This document shows positions 13,028 to 25,143 of a stretch of 64,000 nt of DNA, in pieces. Made by a program: the position numbers and the translations under genes. The stretch lies in the NCBI GenBank assembly GCA_002633005.1, contig NMRA01000018.1, forward strand, positions 1,649,290-1,713,289, written 5' to 3'. The notes under the pieces were generated by a model. It did no database searches. It was not told the origin of the DNA and worked only from the letters and a program-made list of their open reading frames with translations. Within the stretch, counting starts at the first letter, position 1, and each line of letters opens with the position of its first letter. This DNA comes from Phoronis australis. Taxonomy: Eukaryota; Animalia; Phoronida.

Positions 13028-13725
13028 TACGCAAAAAGTACCGAGAGTGGAGTAAATGACCGAAGGTCGAGGTCGATACACGGGATAAGATCAAGTGGGA
13101 TATTACATCATGTACACCAATCGAGGAACGTTTTGTATTTATCACATACGCTACGAATTCCTAAGTTTCTTTCATTTATTCGGCAGATTTTTTAAATACT
13201 TCACTCAGACTGTTCACGTGGCGGAACACATCCTACATGTATGTAGTTGAGCGTTAGGTTGCACGTTTCTGTAGTAAAAGAAACCGTTTTAAATGTAACA
13301 ATTTATTACTTGAAAAAAATAAAGATGAAAACAACGGTAACTGTGCATTGAACTTGTAACATCTCCTGAAAATAGTTAAATAACAACAATATTTGGTATG
13401 GTAGTTATCGATGAATCGGCGACTGAGTTGCAGACAATATTTAGCAATTGAAAACTGAGATAGAACTATCATATAATTAACAGTCCTGTTCCGGATGTTA
13501 CGATTGGGATCTGATTGCATGTTGAGTTTTATTTGCACTGCTGCAATTGCATTACTATTTTCGTAAAGTTTGATGATCGAACCTGCTAAGGACGTCGAGT
13601 CGACATTGACCTACCTTTTGAACTTTCCATGTCAGAGGTCACTGCTGAAGTAGTGCGAGAGGTGAATACGAAAAACATTACATGACCGTATTGCATTCGA
13701 CTGATTCAACGCGTATGGGATTAAA
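13028..13725. mobile_element. Partial copy of the 2960-4210 fold-back element
   Basis: Matches 3530-4210 collinearly (gtaccgagagtgg...gaattcctaagtttctttcatt...gtcgagtcgacattgacctacc...gcgtatggga). Confidence 0.85.
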
Positions 13726-14038
13726 GTAGGATGAAACAGTTCTTAAAAAATTATAACTTATAACTATAACTTTAGTACACAAACAATTTGTCCGCCGCAA
13801 ACGAATGACGCATTCCGCGACTTCTTTTGTCATTAAACCTCGTCCGAACAGCCAACAATGAAAACATAATTGTGCTTAGGATCGCAGATTACGAAATGTT
13901 GCTAAGTGATGAATTTTGAATTATGAGACTCGTTCTATGTCTTAAATTGATGAAACCAAAAGAAAGGTCAGCGTGCAAGAATGGTCATGACAAGCTAATA
14001 ATTTTTGTCCACATAACTAGCTCTATCGAAATTTTGGA

Positions 14039-15446
14039 TCACACAATAAAAGACTGTCCAACAAATGATCCGCGGTGTCCAGGTTGCAGGATTGCTGGAG
14101 CACTTCTTTCGGTATCTAGTACACTTTCTTTATCCTCTGGTTTCGCTGGTAACTGTCGTTTGGCATTTGTGTTACGAGAGTTGCTTTGGCTGGGTTGGGA
14201 ATCGGCGTTGTCATTCTGAAACAGGATCGGGTAACGTCACTGCCTTAGCTTCAGGACACAACCGGTACAAAACAACCATATCGGTAGGCAGAGTTGCACG
14301 GGCTTAACTCAGGCTAGAATGTGTTCGATACAATCATTGAATCGTATCTGTTTGTACACAAAAACTTGAAACGTGAGGTTTACGGGAAAAGAATTATTAT
14401 TAATATATCCGAGAAAGTAAGTGACGCTCGCGAGAAAAAACTTTTATTGGTCAATGAGAACGTGAGTGAAGAACATTGTCTACCCTGATTTCATAGAAAA
14501 CTATCATCTTGCAAGCTACAGTGCAGGTTCAATTGAACGTACCAGCATCCTTTCATCAATTTCATCGTACACGTGACCAGGCGCCGACTGACTTGGTTGG
14601 TTACCTTTTGCCGATCTCTGGGCTCCCCTGAAAAATAAAAATCCAGCATCAGTTCTAATTCTCAATTCGATAGGTTTCAATGAGTTATACGAACATACGT
14701 TTTGGCAATAAATGTCAAAGGGTTCAGGTTGGTCTAGTGATCACCTGATATTCGCATATTCTCACCCATAAAATTCAAATCTATCCATTTGATTATTTTC
14801 CGAATCACCCAACTCTGATTCACAGATTGCTTACTTGGAACGTTTTAATCGCCAACAGCCTATACTTGTTATCGCCAGTATCAAAATGGCCACCACTCCT
14901 CCAATTAATCCACCAATCAGAGCAGGGTAATTGAAGTCGTCTTCTGGTGCTTCTTGTTTGCCTGCAAAGCCAGAGAAATAATAAAGACGCAAAACAGAGT
15001 CTTATAGGCCAACAAAATACTCTAATTAAGAATTCATTCGGATTATACAAAGTTGAAAATGGATTGTCAGCAAATAAATTAAGTGACTTTGAAAGTCTGA
15101 TAAGTACCAGTTTTGTTGACGTCTGCTGAACTCCTCGCTGTGGAATAACTGGTTGACAAAGTACCGACTGTCAGCGCTGTAGTTGCAGTTGTTGCTTGCG
15201 GTGAAGCTGTCGCACCAGGGGTATCTCTTGTCATAGTTGTTGAGGACGTTCGGGGACAAACGCACGTAACAAAAAATGGATCCTCGCACCGACCAGTTGA
15301 TGGGTTGTATTCCGTGGCATCCGGACACGGACATTGTGAAACACTCTTTCCATCACAAACAAAAAAGTTCTCACAATTTCTCGTGTCAGTAAGATTTATT
15401 GGCTGTCCCGCTACTGAGCATGGGAAAGATAGAGTTGAGCAGGATG
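14039..15446 (-). CDS. Type I membrane protein: chitin-binding type-2 (CBM14/peritrophin-A) domain, mucin-like stalk, TM helix and cytoplasmic tail; 5' exon unresolved
   Basis: Four GT-AG exons with consistent phases. 15446-15108: CSVAGQPINLTDTRNCENFFVCDGKSVSQCPCPDATEYNPSTGRCEDPFFVTC, then a Thr/Ser-rich stretch. 14961-14835: LIGGLIGGVVAILILAITSIGCWRLKRS. 14627-14543: ...GHVYDEIDERML. 14215-14039: ...GSFVGQSFIV*. Candidate first exon 15752-15722 (MELLVGGHLL, phase 1) is weak. Confidence 0.85.
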
Positions 15447-16134
15447 CTGAAATAATAACAAACGTCGTTCACACATTTGCTTGAATAGATTCTAAAGAGA
15501 ACGTGTTATATCAGAGCAGGAGCATACTCACAAAGATCTCGTGGGGCGTTTTACTCAGTTGTCGTCTGCAATGCAATTTTCCTACCTGTTTAGTAGATAA
15601 GACAACTTGAGGCGATGTGTTACCCATTGAACTAAATGTTTGACCATAGTGTGTTTCAGCAGAATTTGAATTTATTTCCCATGAAGGAGTTGGCGCTTTT
15701 TATGTTTTCTGACATGTTTACCAAGCAAATGACCTCCAACCAGTAACTCCATCTAGCGTTCGTTCTAGGTACCCGCATATTTTACGACTGAATGTCACAG
15801 ATTTCGGATCATTAAGTTCATTCTTTAGCAGTTTCAGTTTTTGAAAACCCATAAATCTCATTTGGTTCCTAGTAAAGTACAAGTTGGTCCACCTTTACTG
15901 TGGCAAGGGGTTTAATTCGAATTTTGATGATTTTAAATTTCAAAAAATCGCTTAACACCGAGAAACTGGGATTTTAAAAAATAACAATGCTGTGACGCTG
16001 TATCGTGTCATCAACACGAGAAGGTTATGTAGCAATGATTTTTTTAATAATAATAAGCAACTTCTGCTGCATAATGTTGCAATTCGGTTACCATTGACAT
16101 TGCAGTGCGCTGGCGTTCAGGCCAATGTGCTAAA

Positions 16135-17352
16135 ATGACCTTACCTCGAGTCTTTGCTACAAATTTGACCCACACAAAGGCTAGGGAGGACGCTATCACT
16201 CGAATTCGTTCGGGAATGTTACCATCTCTTTCATTAAATTCTGCATCAACAGAACAAACAGGTTATGTAAATCGTTGGTGGAACTTAGAAAACGATGTTA
16301 GGAGTGTATTCGGCCTTAAAAATGGCGGTCAAATGAACAACAACCAAGGCTGTTTGCCAAAGATCCACGGTCCGGCGAGTGTCAAAGAACAAAGAATTAC
16401 TAATTCTCTTGCTAGATTACCTGTAAAATTAACCCCATTGAATCTAGGTTCCAAAGTTTTGAGTAAGATGCTTTGTTGTACAAGCGAACAATCTTACAAT
16501 TACCCTCCCCCAACACTGCTTAGCAAAAAAATACGGAATCCATCTCGCGTTCAAACATGGCCGCCAGCTCACCAAGTTGTCAAGGCCTATGAAAAATTTC
16601 GCTACGTCCGCCATAGCGGATCGCCTGTTTTGCTCGGAAACGGGGCATACGGAAGGGTTTATCTCTTGAAAAAGGACAACCATAAGTTTGCGCTGAAAGT
16701 TTTCAAAAAGGGGATTGCCAACATGTCGGATATTGCCGAAGAAGCTGGAAAGTTTATCCGCGCCAACGAATTGAATGTTGGACCGACATTTCTCGGCTTT
16801 TTCCCTCTGAGTTCAGAAAGTAGCCTCTATTCCACATGGGCGCTGTTATTCAAAGGGGTTCAAGGGAAAACGTTGCTTGAATTTTCCAAACAGTTTCTAC
16901 GCTCTGGAAAAGTAAGGAAATCTCAAAGGAGAAAGATACTTGCTATAATGATCGATATCGCTCAACAAGTTGCTTCTTTGAACAGAGTGGGGATACGCGT
17001 TGGTGACCTCTCCATGGCAAACGTTCTGATTTCTGCGAATGGATCGTCTTCCAGGGTACATGTACATTTATTTGACTTTGGCTGCTCCGGTCCTACGAAA
17101 AGAGGTCTCCGATCAAAAGAGGTTGCTTATTCCCAAAATGATGCCTTCAAGGTGTTTCTTTTAATGGACAAGATGAACTTGTATACACAAGCAAACATGT
17201 TCACGGAGGCAAAAAAGCTCATCAAGACGAAGGTTGCCACTTGGTGGGAAATCGTTCAGGCATTGAAACACGAACTTGCCAAACCATGTTGTCGTAAAGG
17301 TAATCGTTGTTCGGAACAGAACAGAAAACGTGACAAAAGTGCCTGTGCATAG
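16135..17352 (+). CDS. Atypical protein-kinase-fold protein, single coding exon
   Basis: 1.2 kb ORF with LGNGAYGRVY (Gly loop), FALK (Lys), AEE (alphaC Glu), VGDLSMANVL (catalytic loop) and LFDFG. No APE motif and a short C-lobe. First in-frame ATG at 16135; possible acceptor at 16104-16105; AATAAA at 17585-17590. Confidence 0.85.
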   Translation: MTLPRVFATNLTHTKAREDAITRIRSGMLPSLSLNSASTEQTGYVNRWWNLENDVRSVFGLKNGGQMNNNQGCLPKIHGPASVKEQRITNSLARLPVKLTPLNLGSKVLSKMLCCTSEQSYNYPPPTLLSKKIRNPSRVQTWPPAHQVVKAYEKFRYVRHSGSPVLLGNGAYGRVYLLKKDNHKFALKVFKKGIANMSDIAEEAGKFIRANELNVGPTFLGFFPLSSESSLYSTWALLFKGVQGKTLLEFSKQFLRSGKVRKSQRRKILAIMIDIAQQVASLNRVGIRVGDLSMANVLISANGSSSRVHVHLFDFGCSGPTKRGLRSKEVAYSQNDAFKVFLLMDKMNLYTQANMFTEAKKLIKTKVATWWEIVQALKHELAKPCCRKGNRCSEQNRKRDKSACA

Positions 17353-20278
17353 ACTCTTGACGTAATTTTGCAGCACGCGGGACATGGCAGCAGCTCCGGA
17401 AAATTGCAACACAAGGGAGTTTTAACATCTTCTGGACAGCCGAAATAACTGTGATTAGAATATATATTTACAAGAAATATCGTCGAAGGAAAAAACACTT
17501 ACTTGACGGACGATGATGATGAAAATATATTTCGTAAACATATATTAAGTATATTTAATAGATGACATCACTGTCGAAAAATCGAATAAACATTACATTT
17601 GGGCAACAGGTTTACCTTCTACCAAAATTATTAAGATTAAATTATGCATATCATATATACATAGAGTTGTACAAAAATGATTGTTCCTAAGTTACGTGAA
17701 TTTCAGAAAATACCAATATTGCTACATTGCCTTTTAGCTAAGTGATAAGCTACTATTCAGAATGTTGGGAAGCTTATTGACGTTATTGGAGAACCAAACA
17801 TCATTCATTTGTATGGATCAAGCTGCCGTGGAACCAGTGAGACAAATAAGACACCATTGACTGTGTTCTTTATATCGTCGGAGGCCTCTAGTGTCCGGAA
17901 GGGACGCGGACATGACGGCAATACACTAAAAATATGAAGACGTGTTAGGGTCCAGCAACAGAATAACCAGGGATAAATACTGGGAATGAACTGCTTGGAG
18001 ACATTAGCTTTGACCGGAGCCATTGCCTTGTGATTTAATTAGATGCCATCGATTTTCGACGCTAACTTTCAGTCGTTTCCGTGGTAGCAACCGTAGTTGA
18101 AATTTAGGGCCTGGCCTTCACCACCTGTTGGTTATGCAGGGGAATGGCCGAGGACATCGGAAGTGGTGCTGATCAAGATCGGTGAATAAGAGCCAAGAGA
18201 GGCACTCTCCCGAGAGTATGTCAGAGCCAGAGGCAATTGCAAGAGTTTGAGTAGACTTTCGAAGCACTTTTAATTAAAAATTTTTAGTGAGACTATTTGT
18301 GGTTTATGGAGCTGAGTTGCGCAAACTGCAGTAGCCCCCAGTTCAAGTTGCAATGATTTATGGAGGCCTCCGATCAACTCAGGTTGTCGCAACGGGTGCG
18401 GTACAGAGCCTTTCGGATGGGTGAGACGATAAGGGGAGTGTGGAAAAAAATAATGAGGCGACCGCTTGCCTCCTGTACGTCACGATACTTTAGACAATTA
18501 CGCTATTACAGGTAAATTGAATGTGAATGGACTAACTTTGATGAAAGACGTTAGTGCCGGGGTTCACAGAATGCTGGGAATGGCTTAATATAAAAACAAG
18601 GAATTGTCATACGACTACACATACGACTAAAATATACTGACATACAGTTTTCAAACGATGTTCACAAGTCGGTGATATTGTAGGCCCAACGTAGGCATTG
18701 CATTAATCATGCTATCATTTTTAAGCTGCATTCCGTCCTGCTTAGCAGTCGAATTAGGCCTTTTACGCTCGTTCAAGAGACATTGGTTACCGCGATGGGA
18801 TTTTCATTCCGTTACCATGCGCCATTCTGAAATCATGCGGCAATTTTAGTGTTGGTCAATCCCAATAAAATGTTTAAGTTCAAAGGTCGTTAATGGTTTC
18901 TATGTTTTGTTGGTAACGGAAATAGAATCATATCATTTTAGGTGGTGGCGAACCATCAGAAATAAAATTAAACTAAAAATTTATACGAAATCCATTTAAT
19001 TGGAGTTGTCCTGAATGAGTATTGTTTGGGCTTGAGTTTCGACGGGACTTATTTGTGTTAAAATCCGTTTCATCAAGTTTTTAACTAAAATGAAGCGGTA
19101 AAAGAATCTATAAAAAAGAAAAAAGCATAAGCTACAGAATCCCAAGAAAACTTAGTACACTAACTAAATCCAATGTACGAGAAAAGGGGTAAATTTTGAT
19201 TGTGAAGTACAGTATAGGAAGGTTGTTATCGCAATGAAACGTTTCAAACATAGCAGGCAACATACGTGTTGCGGGCGACAATTTTTGAGCAATGAACACC
19301 AATATAACCTGATGTCGACAACTACAATTTGTATACGCTGGGTTTTGTAAATAAATACGAGTACAGCCACTGGAATCGCTATTGCATTATAACCAGGCTC
19401 TCATTCAGTCCCTTGCATAAATTCACAAGTACGACCGATCTCAGAGAAGTCAGCAAATATTTCTCCCGCGACGACAAAAACAGTACATGGTACGCCAACT
19501 GTAATCTCCGATTCTGGTCGGGGCATTGTCACTTCTAGAGACAAGTCTTAGAGAAGAATCTAGTGACACAGAATTAAGTTCTGCGTCTCATGAAAATGCT
19601 GTATGCGTTTCGTTTTTAACTTGGCGCTTGTTATTTGAATCACAAATGTCTATCCCAAGAATGAAAATTGTACATATTCTGTTTTTTGAGGTTCATAGAT
19701 ATATGCACGAGCTTTTTCAGGCTTAAAGAGTTAGCAATGTTTCCAACAAAAGCGTTCTACATAAGAAGTTTTCTGCAAATAATTTTGTGTGCATCATTTG
19801 GTTTATTTCATTTTGCTTTATTTCATTGTGTGTTATAATATTAGACCGGTGGCCATGCATGTACAAGGCACTGTTTATTGAAAACGCTGCTGTGTCAAGT
19901 TGACCGGTGACTAATTTTTCAATTTCTCCTTTTTATGGAAGAAGGGAAATAAAATACATAAAACAAGCTACTGCACATTTCTCAGGCTCACCCTTATTCT
20001 GCGCGAGGCCAGCATTGGTTCACTTTTGAGCAGGTGTTAGTTGGGCGGTAGGCAACACGTAGCCCCTCGGTTGGCCCGTTAGGGGCTACAATACTTCCCA
20101 TCGATTTCTGTACGCATTTCGTTCCATGTATTTTAAACGGGCGATAGGCCAAATCCGGCCACCGATTTTGAGTTTTCACCTCGTCAAAAATACATTCCAC
20201 ACTTTTAGACTGTCACTTAATTGCCTAGTTGGGCAGCAGCATTTTTTGTTTTGTACTCTCACTTGCTGTCCTTCGAAT

Positions 20279-20419
20279 CATGAGCAGCGCACCATAGGGG
20301 GCTGGAGGGCTATAGCCCCCACTTATTTCAGGGATGAGCCGCTCATGGCCTATGGGCGGTGCGCCACAAGGGACAGGGGCTATAGTCCCCCTACTTTTTT
20401 CAGTGCTGCGCCGCCCATG
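20279..20419. mobile_element. Short GC-rich TIR element (MITE-like); related copy at ~10960-11034
   Basis: Ends catgagcagcgca / tgcgccgcccatg are imperfect inverted repeats. Internal ccataggggg...gggctatagcccc and cagtgctgcgccgc are shared with 10960-11034. No clear target-site duplication. Confidence 0.55.
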
Positions 20420-23400
20420 CGATTCCTGCGTTCGCAGACAGATTATGGTAGTGTTACAAGAAGCAAGACATCGATATTTTGCTGTGTGGAGAACAACACC
20501 TTCGCGGTGACCGGTGGATGCGGTGTGAATTTGATAACTTGGGATGACGAAAGGGGGGTTAATATGGCTATTGCGAATGTGTTGTGATACAGTCCATGGA
20601 ACTGGCGGAAATCGAAGTTGAGCAGAGGCGACTCTCTTTGAAATTAAACCTAAAATTCAGAATTTTTGCAACTGCTGAACGTTGAAGAACTTACCGACAA
20701 ATCTATGGTCTAGCATTGCTTTGAATTCTAGCGCGATTACACTGGCGGTTTTATACAGCAGGCAACAAATATGCAATATTGTGTATATTTAGATGGTTCT
20801 CGGCAAGCCTAATGTTGACTCGCTTGTTTAGCTAAACATTGTAATCTGCCATAAAGATAAACTGGAGCGAGATAACTGCGACGTGAATAATAAGTCTTAT
20901 CATAGACACGATAAAGGCAGGTGATGGTCGGTCAACAGGGACAAACTTCCGCACCAGCGCCTCTTCAGAGAAAAAGAATACGTTAACTCATTTTGATGAA
21001 AACCACGTACATGTTGACAATGGCCAAATAAAAATGACCCACTGTTCAATTTGTGTTTCATTTTAAGTCGACATTATGTTTCAAAAAGCAAAATAAAGCA
21101 TTTTTGAACTTGTTTGGAATGGTTCATGCACTATAGATGAACACGGATGGCAGAGTTATACAGAATTGTAATTTAAAACTGTTTTGGCAAGACAAACCCA
21201 GTTACACTGTTGTGGGGCAGGCATGACTTTGACTTTCATACTGGGTTACAAATAGCAACACCAGTCTTTCATTGGCCACAGTCGATATCACCGAAAACAA
21301 CATTTCCATAAACTCCTTCAATCACAACGCAATCCATGTTTAAAACGTACCATAATACAAGAAATACAAAAAAGCAGTAAAAGCCATCAACCGGTGCCTA
21401 ACAAGCTGAGGATTCATAATTTGAAAACTTGAATGAAACGTCTTAATTTTGTCGCTGTTTTTTATGACAAACAGGGCCTTTTTAGGGACCCAAATTATCC
21501 AAAAATCACAAAATTTCATTGTATTCTGACAAGACTATTTACAAGGGCATATTTTCGTATAAATCAACTAAAACCGTAAAAACTAAATAATCTTTCATGA
21601 CATTAAGATAAACAATGTTTCTTCTTTTCGTTGAAACTGACATTCACGGATCCCGTAAGTCTCTTAATTCGCGACTGAACAACACGGACAGATAATAGAA
21701 TTAACAAAGAATACACATATGTATTAAACAACACAAAGTAAGACATGTTTGTCCAAATTTAACCTTATAACCAATGCATATTACTGCCAGGTTAACTGAA
21801 TATTACGTTCGAAAAATCATCCATAAATTTAATCGTTTAGTGTATACACGACGGCAAAAGGTAAATAGCAAAAATTATTTTGTAAATGATAATTTTTGCA
21901 CAGTAACAAGTATTGTCGAATGTTTCATCCTTTTCCAAACTTTTTAGAGTGAACTGATTTGATTTTAAATGATGAAATGTAAACGTGTGTAAACAATCAA
22001 TGTTTAAATAGCGTATTTAACTGTAAATCTTCTTACTAATTCTTGCTACCCTCTATAATGTTTATATTTGAAGTTCAAACGGAATTAGGTTCGACACTTA
22101 AAACACGTCACTCGCTCGTACATGTGTAGAACATAAAGTTCTTTTCCGACTTATTCCAATTAAATAACAACAAAATTTACTTACTATCGTATCTGTCTGT
22201 GTGAGTTTTCGCCTTGTATAACAATCTGCATTTGTTCAGTCGAGGTGGTCGCAGGTTTTGTTGAGCAAGCAAAAAATGTTCATTCAAAACCATGAAGGTA
22301 AAAACAGCAAAGAAATATGTCCTTGTATGTCCTGTGGTCATCTTGAGTTCGTCAGGTATGAATTATATGACGGTACATTATTGTTTTAATACCTTGTCGG
22401 TAATGTCTTAGTAATCTTTGATAAGCAATTTAAATATTGTTTAATTGGCAGTTAACTCCGGTCCGAGGACTAGATAAGGCAAGTTAATACGCCCGATGAC
22501 ACAACGTCTGTTCACCGCGGGTTTCGGTAATGCGGATGCAAAAAGAGACGCTTTACACAAAGATTGGGATTTCTGTAAACGTTTCCAAAGACTTTCTTTG
22601 CGATTCAAGAGTTGGTGTAGATTTTATACGAAACAATGCAATCAAAATTGATCTAAAGCGACTTTGAAAAAAATTCAAAAGATTGTAAAAAATTTAAATG
22701 GCAGTTAACACTTGCACAGTTCTTGAAAAGTCGAGGATTTGAATTTCTTTTTTAATATGAAAACTGAGTTCTTTCGAGAAACTGCATTATAAGTAGACTC
22801 ATGCGTTGTTGCCTGACACCACCCCGCTACCGATCATGACAGAACCACCCCACGAAAAGTACATATTGCACACGAAAGATAACCGCTCGTTATCAGCATG
22901 ACTGTAAGTTCGTATACACACTAACAATGCTAAAATTTCCTGTTTTGGGCTAACGCGTAGATCCAAGAAACCCTAACGCCCGGATTCCATCGGTCTTACG
23001 TCCTTTTTTACGTAAGTGCCAGCGTCGTTTTACTCATCTCCACATTATAAGTGCCATGACGCAGTGTAAACTCAAAGAAAGTGTCCTTTAACTGTTAAAT
23101 GACATCGCTCCTTTAAACGGCCGTGTCAGTTGTCGTTTGCTCTTAACCTGATAAAAGCACTCTAAGCGGGAAAGTAAATCGTCACGCTCATTTTTTCTCA
23201 CAATTTCAAAGAAGTGGGAAATACGTATTGATTTGAGCTACACTTCCTTCCACTTACTACTTAAGTGTCACTCAAGAAATATGCTAATTAAGGGTCTTCG
23301 ACAGTCTGCCAAAAGCTGTAAAGCAGTTGTTGTTCTACGGCATTGACTCACTGAGAAAACGTTTGAATGTGCTATTTATTTCAAACAATAGATTTTTTAG

Positions 23401-24528
23401 TTTGAAAAATGTCGACTTTACGTTGAATTTATATTATTTCTACGTTTGATGTAATACCGCGCCATGACACAGACCCAAGGGTAGAAGACACAAGATTGAG
23501 TGTAACCGAATTCAAGCCGTAATTCGGAATTTTTTGAAGGAGAAATTTTTTGTTTCAGATTAGTTCCACCAACTAAGCTTATTTCACAACCCCATCAACA
23601 CAACATAATTGCCATGTAGTGAAATGTAGGGGGTTAACACTTTGCTCAAGGTCCTAGTAATTTTCAAAACAAGGTATGATCAGCTTATCATGCCTGGTAT
23701 ATTACACGCCCAGCATAAAAGAGCCACAAAGTTGTGCTCAGATTTTCTAAACTGAGTAGTTGGTTTCTGCTGAGGCAAATATATTTACAATGGCTCCCTC
23801 TGTTGGCTATAGCTCTCCACCGCTGTTTTTAATTCAAATGTTTTTTGAAACGTCAGAACACGATTTTAAACTGATTTCTAGAAATTGTGATCACACCTCA
23901 GAGCCACCAAGGTGCAAATAAAATTTGAACGCGCTCCGACTAAACTTTTCTATAAGTATGTGATCACGCTAAGTCACGTGTTTGACGTATGGTCTTGAAT
24001 GATTTACCCAACGAATTCTAAAAACATGTCGAAATGACCTTGTATTTCATCACCAAGGTTTCAGTTATGTTAGCTCTGAACTCCTCTTAGGTTTCCGTTA
24101 CTCTCAATTCGATACCTTGTGGTGTCTTGTATACATTTTTATATGATCATTTTAACCAGACATCCCACTCCATGTTAGTCCTTTTCATATGTTTATAGCT
24201 ACTGTTACTCCATTTTACACATTCTACTTTTGTCTGACTCGCTCGCTCTCCTTCGGGTTGGCGCATCCTTCTGTTGCGGTCTGTGGCAGATTTCCGCCCA
24301 CCTTTACAGCTCAACATATCATATACATGTATTTTTTGTATTCTGTAGTAGTTTAGTTTGTCATAATATATATGACCTTTTGTCTCATCCTCATGTGTTG
24401 TTTCACTGTAAACTAGCTTTGGTATCGCTTCGCAATTAGCGCATATAAAACCAGTTATTAGCGGCTCCGCGCTCGATTACCCAGGTAGTCAAATATGCGC
24501 TTTTTGGTGCTTATCTCGCACCTTAGTA

Positions 24529-24690
24529 AAGAGTGAAGATTTGGCTTTTCACCACCAGTACACGTTATAAAGAGTGACGCGTTGGTTTTAAACCACCAGT
24601 ACACGTTGGGAAGAGTGGCGCTTTAAATTTACACAACCAGTACACGTTGTAAACAGTGACGCTTTGGATTTACACCAACATTACACGTTT
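24529..24690. repeat. 41-bp minisatellite (~4 copies); the same unit recurs at ~28495-28660
   Basis: aagagtggcgctttggatttacaccaccagtacacgttgt-like unit starting at 24529, 24570, 24611 and 24652. Confidence 0.8.
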
Positions 24691-24878
24691 TAAGAGGCAG
24701 TCCATATAAAAACCAATAGATTTTCAAAAATCAGTCTATACGTCAAAATTTAAAACAACTTCATTTTTTGTACATGGGTAGGTATCCTAACAAAAACCCA
24801 AATGCCAAATTTTGCGCACTCAATGACCCCTAATTTCGCCGCTGGAGCATGATAACACAAATTGGCACAATTGGGCAT

Positions 24879-25143
24879 NNNNNNNNNNNNNNNNNNNNNN
24901 NNNNNNNNNNNNNNNNNNNNNNNNNNNNNNNNNNNNNNNNNNNNNNNNNNNNNNNNNNNNNNNNNNNNNNNNNNNNNNNNNNNNNNNNNNNNNNNNNNNN
25001 NNNNNNNNNNNNNNNNNNNNNNNNNNNNNNNNNNNNNNNNNNNNNNNNNNNNNNNNNNNNNNNNNNNNNNNNNNNNNNNNNNNNNNNNNNNNNNNNNNNN
25101 NNNNNNNNNNNNNNNNNNNNNNNNNNNNNNNNNNNNNNNNNNN
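24879..25143. other. Assembly gap (265 N)
   Basis: Run of N. Confidence 1.

Noticed and set aside
15276-15384. Possible plus-strand upstream coding exon for the kinase (MDPRTDQ...)
   Set aside because: Lies antisense within the well-supported CBM14 exon and needs the weaker of two adjacent donors to keep frame.
17503-17541. Minus-strand MFTKYIFIIIVRQ|gtaagt as the signal-peptide exon of the CBM14 gene
   Set aside because: Ends in phase 0 while the CBM14 exon needs phase 1; no bridging exon found.
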